From: a virus
Lineage: Duplodnaviria; Caudoviricetes
Virus record (IMG/VR): IMGVR_UViG_3300017700_000487
Coordinates: 1-39,318 of that record
Strand: one strand, 5' to 3'
DNA length: 39,318 nucleotides
The notes under the pieces are model-generated. The model was not told the origin of the DNA. It was given only the letters and a program-made list of their open reading frames with translations, and searched no databases. Every line of letters starts with the position of its first letter. The first letter of the stretch is position 1. The translations under genes and the position numbers were made by a program. Shown one piece after another: positions 32,385-39,318 of the stretch.

Positions 32385-34087
32385 AGTGCGGCTCCCGTTC
32401 TGTAGTCAAAGAGTAGCGTACCCGTTCGGATGTTAGGCGCAGACGGGCCTTGCCAATCTGCCAGATAGATTTCGCCAAGAGAAGCGCCGGTTTCTTCGTC
32501 GTTCCAGTTGGAGAAGTGATACTGGCCAGACGAAACCGCGTCACCGTTGCCGCCAATCACGATCATCTTGGCTCCCGCTGAACCCTCGCTACCCAGACGC
32601 TGATACCAGTAGTTATTCTGATAGAGAGCAGAACCGCCCGCCGTGCTTTGCGAGGGCGTGACGCCGAAGTTGAAGGAGTAGCAGCCGTTCACGTCAGCAA
32701 GGAACGAGTTGGGTATGTTGTAGCCACCCGGATTGACGCGCCAAAGGTGGTACCCTCGGTGGGCCGTCGTCAGGTTGTTTGAGTTCGACGCCGTGGGGTT
32801 CTGACGCCAAGTGTAACCAGCGTCATGGCCAAAGCAGTTGTCTTCATACACCGTAGCCCATTGGGCCTGTGTGCCGGTGCTGATGAAGCTCGCATAGTTG
32901 AAAATGTCGTAATAGCAGAACGCGCCGTAGCACTCTTGAAGCGCAATCGTATGAGCGTCGTAAATCTGGAACGCGTTTCCAGATGCGCCGAACGCCCGCA
33001 CGTTTTTAGCCGCGACCCTGATCGAGTTAGCAACACCCGCAGTCACCGGGCGGAAACGAAGGCCCTGCACGTCCGCAGCACCGCCGTTATAAGCGCAAGT
33101 GATGTTCTCAAACGCAATGTCTGCATCACTGATGAACGACATATTGGAGAATGACGTAATAGGCACCCACCCGTCAGCCGGGTCCGGCGTCCGCCCGTCG
33201 ATCATGTGAACGGTCAGGGTCGTGCCATCCCAGTTCCAGCTACCCGGCGTCGCTATAGCGGTCGCGCCAGAAGCAACGTGCGGCATGGCCAAGGGCAGAC
33301 CATAGCGGTCTTGATAGTTGTTATCCGCCATCGCCATGACGGTCGAGAGGTTGGCGGATGCCGTGGACGTGAACGCCGAACCAGACGCAGCCCATGACAT
33401 ATACGCTGCGGTGTAGGTTTCCCGCCAACCAGAGAACAGCGTAGGGCCGTTAGCGTTATCGCCGAGAACCTTGATGCGTCGCGTTCCAAGCGTGTGCCCG
33501 CCGTTCGTTGACGACAGATAGCCAACGCTAGGATTCATCAAGTGAATGGTCGTCTTGTCGGGCGAGTTTGCAATGGCATAGTCAAAGGTCTGCCATGCGT
33601 TGCCCGAGCCGGGGGCCGTGCCCGTGTTGCCGTTGTTCCCCAGAAGGTAATCGACATACCGATCCGTCTTGCCGGTAATCGTCGGGTCTTGCGTCCAGTC
33701 CGTCAGATCATACGGACGTTCGTTAAACGCAAAGTCCACCCCGTCGCAGTCCACCCAAACCTTGAGAGGATTATTCATCCCCGTGGGAGCCGTGTAGCGG
33801 GCCGGGACGTAACTAACCCTTGTCACCGGAACCAGAATACCAAGCCCCAGCATATTCAAAGCTTCCTGAAGGGTAACGCCGCTGGCCGTGCCGACAAGCT
33901 CCGCACCAGTGTCAGCCGCGAGGGCTGCGGATTGCACTACGCCCGTTTGAGCGTAGGTCTTCACAACAGAGGCGGTCGTGCGCCGAAGCGGCCCCGGAGT
34001 GCGGTAAACAGCCACCACATCGCTATCAACGATAGGGGCCGAAAGGGCGGTAAGTTCAGGGTATGTTTTGCGAGGCGGAATAGCCAT
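32381..34087 (-). CDS. Tailspike / receptor-binding protein, probable beta-helix
   Basis: YVDYLLGNNGNTGTAPGSGNAWQTFDYAI (beta-helix N-cap type motif); Asn/Gly/Tyr-rich body; follows the tail fibre. Confidence 0.7.
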   Translation of the reverse strand: MAIPPRKTYPELTALSAPIVDSDVVAVYRTPGPLRRTTASVVKTYAQTGVVQSAALAADTGAELVGTASGVTLQEALNMLGLGILVPVTRVSYVPARYTAPTGMNNPLKVWVDCDGVDFAFNERPYDLTDWTQDPTITGKTDRYVDYLLGNNGNTGTAPGSGNAWQTFDYAIANSPDKTTIHLMNPSVGYLSSTNGGHTLGTRRIKVLGDNANGPTLFSGWRETYTAAYMSWAASGSAFTSTASANLSTVMAMADNNYQDRYGLPLAMPHVASGATAIATPGSWNWDGTTLTVHMIDGRTPDPADGWVPITSFSNMSFISDADIAFENITCAYNGGAADVQGLRFRPVTAGVANSIRVAAKNVRAFGASGNAFQIYDAHTIALQECYGAFCYYDIFNYASFISTGTQAQWATVYEDNCFGHDAGYTWRQNPTASNSNNLTTAHRGYHLWRVNPGGYNIPNSFLADVNGCYSFNFGVTPSQSTAGGSALYQNNYWYQRLGSEGSAGAKMIVIGGNGDAVSSGQYHFSNWNDEETGASLGEIYLADWQGPSAPNIRTGTLLFDYRTGAAL

Positions 34088-34096
34088 GATTGTCCC

Positions 34097-35254
34097 TTAG
34101 TATTTGATAATGAACATCAAGGCGATGTTGCGGGGGCGTGTCTCGCTGCCTCCGGTCGATGCCGTGTTGTAAGGCGTAATGGTTTCCGCCCCGCCCGTGC
34201 CCGTTGTCGTCAGGCCAGACGAAGTGTCGTCGCTCGCTGCCGGGGGCTGGACGCTGTGAACGTGTGCCTCAAGTTCGTCTGCTTGAGCCGAACCGAACGC
34301 ACGGGCCGGATCAATCCCGCGTCCGTTGTCCCAACCACGGGCAAACTCTCCGCGCATATCAGGGAGGTTAAACGTGGTCGATCCGTCACCTACGCCGAAC
34401 ACTGTCCCAATAGCCGCGAACAGCCCGGCATAGGTCGTGCGGGAGACCGCCGCCGCGTTACACTCCAACCAGCCAGCCGGGGCCGTGTTAGCCGCGTACA
34501 TCGTAACAGACCCAACCGGGACCGCAGCCACCCACGTTCCCGCAGCGCTCAGGAACCGCAGCGCCGCTGCATCACCCGCAGCCGGGGCCGGAACAAGCCC
34601 CTTAGTCCCGCCCGACCCACTATCGCCCACAACCGCATTCAGGATCGTGGTCGCTTGCGTAGCGGTCAGGTCTTCCGGGACGCCCGCTCCGGCAGTCACA
34701 CGGCCTTTAATGGTCGCGGTCGCCATGTTGGCCAGTTTGGCGTTTGTGAACGATGCGTTAGGGACCGTAAGCGTCCCCAAGAACGTCTGGTCTCCCGTGA
34801 ACGTCCCCGTAGCGGCAACCGTCAGCGTGTCAGAACTGGCGTTGCCAATCGTCGTGTTGCCGTTGACGATCAGGTTTCCCGAGACGGTCTGATTGCCCGC
34901 AAACGTCACGCCAAGCGGGAACGTCACGCCGGATGAGGTAGCCGTCAGAACAGCGATGCCGCCGCAGACAAGCGCCGATTGATCCGCTGCTGGGAAATAC
35001 CAACCCGTATTCGCATCACCAATCACTGCAATCGACGGGGCAGACAGAGAGCCGCTGGAAACCGTGATGCCTTGCGAGAACGGAATGACCGTTGACGCCG
35101 TAGTCTGACCGTCCGACGAAAGCGACTGCGTAATCGCAGTGGACATATCGTCAAGCGTGTCGTTCCAGTCGTCCGACAGAATAGCCGTGTCGGGCGTGGC
35201 CGGGTTCCATGTGTTTGAAGGGGGCGAGTATTGCCCTGCACCGTTCCTAGGGAT
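34097..35254 (-). CDS. Tail fibre with tail-collar domain; probable ATC start at 35254
   Basis: VPVGSVTMYAANTAPAGWLECNAAAVSRTTYAGLFAAIGTVFGVGDGSTTFNLPDMRGEFARGWD...ETRPRNIALMFIIKY; frame extends 36 codons upstream of ATG 35146. Confidence 0.9.
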   Translation of the reverse strand: MPRNGAGQYSPPSNTWNPATPDTAILSDDWNDTLDDMSTAITQSLSSDGQTTASTVIPFSQGITVSSGSLSAPSIAVIGDANTGWYFPAADQSALVCGGIAVLTATSSGVTFPLGVTFAGNQTVSGNLIVNGNTTIGNASSDTLTVAATGTFTGDQTFLGTLTVPNASFTNAKLANMATATIKGRVTAGAGVPEDLTATQATTILNAVVGDSGSGGTKGLVPAPAAGDAAALRFLSAAGTWVAAVPVGSVTMYAANTAPAGWLECNAAAVSRTTYAGLFAAIGTVFGVGDGSTTFNLPDMRGEFARGWDNGRGIDPARAFGSAQADELEAHVHSVQPPAASDDTSSGLTTTGTGGAETITPYNTASTGGSETRPRNIALMFIIKY

Positions 35255-35257
35255 GGC

Positions 35258-37525
35258 TTAGTCCTCCTGTCCAGCCGAAAGGGTCACGCCCGCACGGATG
35301 CGGTTAGCCCCACGGGGTCGATTGAGCGCACGGGTCAGCCGGGCGTTAAAATCTTCTGATCTGCCCATAAGAACCTCCGCCAAGGCGTCCGCATTCCGGC
35401 GGGCGGTCCAATCGTCAATCCCACGGGCTAGTCGTGCCGGGATGCCTACAGGGTTCGTAATCGACTGAGCCGCGCCCGTCGCCAGATTGCCGCCGCGAAG
35501 GTTCTGGATAGCCTCTGCGTTGAAGGCGGTTTCAGACCCGCCACGATGGCGCTGGCCTGTCGCTTGCAGAACCTCAACGAGTTGGGCCATCGGATCAGAC
35601 GGCATAGGCTGCGGAGCGTTCGGATTGAGCGGCGGGAAGGTCAGCGGACTAGGAGGCGGTGCAACAGCGTCGATGGCGCCCATGACAGTACGGCGCTGTT
35701 CTGGATTGCCGAAAGCGCGAGCGGCGAAGTTAGCCCCGCCGAACTGGTTGTCTCCGGTCGCAAGCTGTTGTTGCGACTCCATCGACTGCCGAGCCAGATG
35801 CTGACGGACAAGCGGACCTCCCACTGACGGGTCAATCTCGCCCATCAACTCAAGAGCGCGAGCGGTTTCCGCCGCTTGGCCTTCAAATGGCTGCGCAGGG
35901 AACAAAGCTTCGGTCTGGCCAGCGAGGCTAGGCTGTACGTCAGATTGGCCAGCAATCGCACCGATAGGCCCACGGCGAAGTGGGTCAACGAACGCCTCGC
36001 GGCCCGTGGCTACCGTCTGGCGAGCAGCGGCAAACTCCGGCGACGTATCGCCAGCGAGTTGACGCGCGAGCGCCGCCGCTTGGTCGCGTTGAGAGGCTAG
36101 TGTGTTGTTGCCGGTAGGGTTCATCACCCCCGGGCGGGCTTGCTCCCCCATCGTGTCGAGTTGCTGGATAACACGATTGACCGTCGAAAGGTCGTCGGGG
36201 CCTCCGCTGACAAGGGCGGCCAGCTCCGGATTTCCCATAAGCTGTTCGGACGCAGCGCTATACGACGGGTTGGCTTGCAGGCGAGCAAGGTCAGCGGGGT
36301 CCAGCGCTTGGCCCGGAAGTTGATCGTAAAGCGGCTGCGCGCTTTCGTTCACACGACGGCGCATCGTGTCCAGAACGCCGGTTGCGGCCTCTTGAGATTG
36401 GCCCGCAAGCGCGGACGGCTCAACGCTAGGGCCAAGCCGGTCTAGTTCCGCCCCAATAGCCCGCTCAACCTGTCCCGGTCGGTTAGCCATCATCGGGGCC
36501 ATACGGCTGGACTGGCCTTCCACAACCCGCTGCATACGGCCCATGCCGGTCCCGCCTCGCGTGGCCTGTTGCAGCGCCTCCGCGTTCGTCAGGTCAACGC
36601 CAAGCAACCCACCGCGTTGGCGAAGGGCTGCGGCCATCTGCATTTGCTCAGGCGTCACGCCTTGCGCGGCGTTGCGGAGTGAAATATCAGCACCGCCGCG
36701 AATCGCATTCACGCCGCCGACGCCAAGACCGCCAACCAGACCGCCGCCAAAACGCGCCAAGCCTTCAGCCGTAGTATCGCGCTGTCCGCCATTCATGCCC
36801 CGCGCAATCTGACCTCCGGTTTCGCTGGCGGCGGCAGGAACAAGCCATGATGCGATTTTGGCCCCCGGTCCGCCCGGAGCGACAAGGCCGGGAAGAAACT
36901 CCCCAGCCGTGCGAGCGTACTCACCCGCTACGCTTTGCGGCTGGTAATAGTCGCGGCCAAGGCTTTCGCGAAGCTGGTCATTCAGTTGCTCTCCGGTAGG
37001 TCCAACAATGCCAAACCCCGGAAGGTTCTGACCCGGCTGGCCACCCATCATCTGGCCAATCGCGCCCTGCATACCGACAAGGCCCGTTGCGCCCTCAACG
37101 ATGCCAGTCGGAATGGACTTGGCAATGTCCTCTGCAACCGAGAACGGGCGGGTATAGACCCCCGGCGACTCCTCAACGTCACCCAAGCGACTAGGGGCCG
37201 TGCGGGCGTCCTCAGGAAGCTGATAAACAACCCCTTCCCGATTGATAACCCAAGCGCCTTTGCGAAGGTCTTGAGGGTTCGGATTGGCGTTCAAATCAAT
37301 GGGGCTGGACTGCGTAGCGCCGGGGCGCATCACTGGATAGATGCCATTATCGCCCGCTTCAGAAAGCGGAATCCATTCGCCGTTTTCCAGCACGACAGTT
37401 TCACCCGCCGCGTTGGTAGCAGTCGGAGCGGGTTCAGGCGGCGCATCCGCAGGAACCCACGCACCGTTACGGAGAACAAGCGTCTCGCCGGTCTGCGGGT
37501 TCGTGGCTGTTACCTCTTGCGGCAT
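35258..37525 (-). CDS. Large internal virion/ejection protein
   Basis: 755 aa, Ala/Gly/Gln-rich with Gly-rich hydrophobic stretches; third gene of the ejection cluster. Confidence 0.7.
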   Translation of the reverse strand: MPQEVTATNPQTGETLVLRNGAWVPADAPPEPAPTATNAAGETVVLENGEWIPLSEAGDNGIYPVMRPGATQSSPIDLNANPNPQDLRKGAWVINREGVVYQLPEDARTAPSRLGDVEESPGVYTRPFSVAEDIAKSIPTGIVEGATGLVGMQGAIGQMMGGQPGQNLPGFGIVGPTGEQLNDQLRESLGRDYYQPQSVAGEYARTAGEFLPGLVAPGGPGAKIASWLVPAAASETGGQIARGMNGGQRDTTAEGLARFGGGLVGGLGVGGVNAIRGGADISLRNAAQGVTPEQMQMAAALRQRGGLLGVDLTNAEALQQATRGGTGMGRMQRVVEGQSSRMAPMMANRPGQVERAIGAELDRLGPSVEPSALAGQSQEAATGVLDTMRRRVNESAQPLYDQLPGQALDPADLARLQANPSYSAASEQLMGNPELAALVSGGPDDLSTVNRVIQQLDTMGEQARPGVMNPTGNNTLASQRDQAAALARQLAGDTSPEFAAARQTVATGREAFVDPLRRGPIGAIAGQSDVQPSLAGQTEALFPAQPFEGQAAETARALELMGEIDPSVGGPLVRQHLARQSMESQQQLATGDNQFGGANFAARAFGNPEQRRTVMGAIDAVAPPPSPLTFPPLNPNAPQPMPSDPMAQLVEVLQATGQRHRGGSETAFNAEAIQNLRGGNLATGAAQSITNPVGIPARLARGIDDWTARRNADALAEVLMGRSEDFNARLTRALNRPRGANRIRAGVTLSAGQED

Positions 37526-38985
37526 TAGTCGATCTCAAAGCCGGGGGGAGGCGGGGGAACATTAGGGCGAGACTGACGCGGCGCTGCGGGCGCATTCGGA
37601 CGAGCTGGACGCGGATTGCGCGGTTGCGGACGCGGGGCTTGCGGAGCCGTTGCATCACCACCCCAACCGAACGCCTCACGGGTCCGCGACGGAAGCACGT
37701 TATCAAAAGCGCCGGGGCCGAACGATTCAGTAACCAGCGGCTCATACGAAAGCACACGGTCGCGATAGACCGCGTTCATGTTCCGATAAATGTCCTCGCC
37801 GGTCGCTAGAAGCTGCGCACGGATAGCCGGACTGAACCGACCCGACGACGTGATGTAGCCTTGAAGACCAGCAATGCCGCCGTTGATGCCTTGGGCTTGC
37901 AGTTGCAGCGCAACATCGCCCTCGCGCACCACACCCTCATCAATCAGCTTCTGAAGGCCGTTAATCATGGCAATGTCGCCAGCGCCGTTCTGAGCACGAG
38001 AGCCAGCGCGGAGGGCTTGAATATTGCGTTGCAGCAGGGTCGCGGAGTCAATCACCGGGTCAATCTCCTTGCGAAGATTGGTCAGTTCAGCAAAGCGACG
38101 TGTCGGGGAGTTAAGGTCTTGCGGACCTCCGCGCTCCGGAGCCAGACCACCGCCTGCCTCACGGCTAAACCCTTCAGGCGGTCGCCCGACGATCTGAGGA
38201 CGGTTGAACGGGTCCAGAGAGATACCCGTACCGCCCGCGACGCCATAAGGGTTGTCTTCCCCAACGGTCGCATTTTGCGCCATCGCCGCCTGCGGCAAGC
38301 CGCCTTCAAATGCCTCGCGCATATTGCCGAACTGGTCGCGGAGATACGGAACGCCGTTGACCGAAACGTCCTTCCATTCGGGAGGCGCGGACATACGGCC
38401 TTCAATCTCACCAATGACGCCTTGCGCCCATGCGATTTGGCCGGGGTCACCACTCGACAGCGCACGGCGAACAAGGTCAGTTTCGCCCGGCGTAATGCCT
38501 AACGGATTGCGCGGAGCCGAAGCGGGTGCCGCTTGAGCCGCTGGTTGTGCGGGCGGAACGTCTGCCATCGGGACAGGCGCTGGCGCCATTCCAGCCGGAG
38601 CGGCGGCAGGCATAGGCGAACCCGCAACCGCAGCAGCAGGGGAAATCGGGGCCTCTTGCGGCTCCATCGTATTGGTAACAGGCGGAGCCATAGGCGTAGG
38701 CGCGGGAGACTCACTGCCACCACCAAGCAAGCGAGCAAGCGCAAGATTCCCCGCTTCTGCTTGTCCAGCGAGGCGCTGTTGGCCCTCTTCCTTCACCGCC
38801 CGATCAGCACGGTTGGCGCTAAACTGCGTGATGCCTTGGCCAAGCAGACGGGCCGCAAGTTCGCCGTAACCGCCCGTGATTTGCGTGGGCTGACGGCTTT
38901 GCTCAAGCATTTGAGCCAGCAGCGCGCTACGGCGCATTGCCGGGGTTTCGATCATCTGAGGGGCAGGCATGGGAGCGCGGGCCAT
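37525..38985 (-). CDS. Internal virion/ejection protein
   Basis: 486 aa, Pro/Ala-rich linker, GDIAMINGLQKLIDEGVVREGD, C-terminal PPPPPGFEID. Confidence 0.7.
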   Translation of the reverse strand: MARAPMPAPQMIETPAMRRSALLAQMLEQSRQPTQITGGYGELAARLLGQGITQFSANRADRAVKEEGQQRLAGQAEAGNLALARLLGGGSESPAPTPMAPPVTNTMEPQEAPISPAAAVAGSPMPAAAPAGMAPAPVPMADVPPAQPAAQAAPASAPRNPLGITPGETDLVRRALSSGDPGQIAWAQGVIGEIEGRMSAPPEWKDVSVNGVPYLRDQFGNMREAFEGGLPQAAMAQNATVGEDNPYGVAGGTGISLDPFNRPQIVGRPPEGFSREAGGGLAPERGGPQDLNSPTRRFAELTNLRKEIDPVIDSATLLQRNIQALRAGSRAQNGAGDIAMINGLQKLIDEGVVREGDVALQLQAQGINGGIAGLQGYITSSGRFSPAIRAQLLATGEDIYRNMNAVYRDRVLSYEPLVTESFGPGAFDNVLPSRTREAFGWGGDATAPQAPRPQPRNPRPARPNAPAAPRQSRPNVPPPPPGFEID

Positions 38986-38987
38986 TC

Positions 38988-39226
38988 CTAGAGCTTCCCG
39001 TAGTCAACCATGAGGAAGCCCGTCCAATGACGGACAACCGCGTCAATCCCCATCGCCAGCACGTCTTGAGCCATCACCCCGACGTGGCGCTTACGGCCCC
39101 AAACGTATCGGAACTCATAGACAGGCAGGCCATTATCCATCGTGCCGACGCGGATAATATCGCGCTTCAGGCGACGATCAGAAGCGGCCTGAAGGCCAGC
39201 CGAGCCTAGCGAAAACAGGCCATTCA
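38988..39226 (-). CDS. C-terminal part of the 835..1 gene, with peptidase S74-like intramolecular chaperone domain
   Basis: NGLFSLGSAGLQAA-SDRRLKRDIIRVG...LPVYEFRY...GVMAQDV...LMVDYGKL. Confidence 0.8.
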
Positions 39227-39318
39227 GGCCGGTGGGGCGGAGCAATCTCGCGCTGTTCAAAACGCTATTGCCGGTGGGACATTCGGTAATCAGGCGCGGA
39301 CGCAAGGCCTGCAAGAGC
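39216..39318. repeat. Exact 103-nt inverted copy of 193-295 (probable chimeric contig end)
   Basis: Base-by-base reverse complement match. Confidence 0.95.

Noticed and set aside
38988-39314. 108-aa ORF starting MQALRPRLITEC
   Set aside because: Its first ~30 residues come from the inverted duplicate of 193-295, antisense to the real gene. Only the part from about 39226 is genuine.

Overview
This looks like an essentially complete ~39.2 kb tailed-phage genome of podovirus type: no tape measure or sheath, and P22/T7-like adaptor, nozzle and ejection genes. A GcrA-like and a CtrA/OmpR-like gene point to a Caulobacterales/alphaproteobacterial host (inference). The minus strand carries TerS, TerL, portal, scaffold, major capsid, head completion and ejection genes, tail fibre, tailspike and lysis genes, plus a Sak/SSB/Gp157 recombination arm. 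The plus strand (20.7-30 kb) carries an XRE regulator, GcrA-like and winged-helix regulators, a DUF1376 replication initiator and a small-gene accessory region. I recognised no integrase, transposase, DNA polymerase or tRNA. Main observations: (1) nine copies of a structured motif, GG[T/C]GGGTAY-(GGA)-hairpin-(GGA)-RTGMACC, were seen only at 25.6-29.7 kb, arranged as four inverted pairs bracketing 0.4-0.65 kb gene units, suggesting an undescribed gene-cassette shuffling system; (2) two virion genes appear to start at ATC; (3) a two-domain glycosyltransferase-like gene flanked by HNH endonucleases sits in the head module; (4) the last ~92 nt are an inverted copy of the start, and removing them lets the ends join in frame. 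All family calls come from motif recognition, not database searches.
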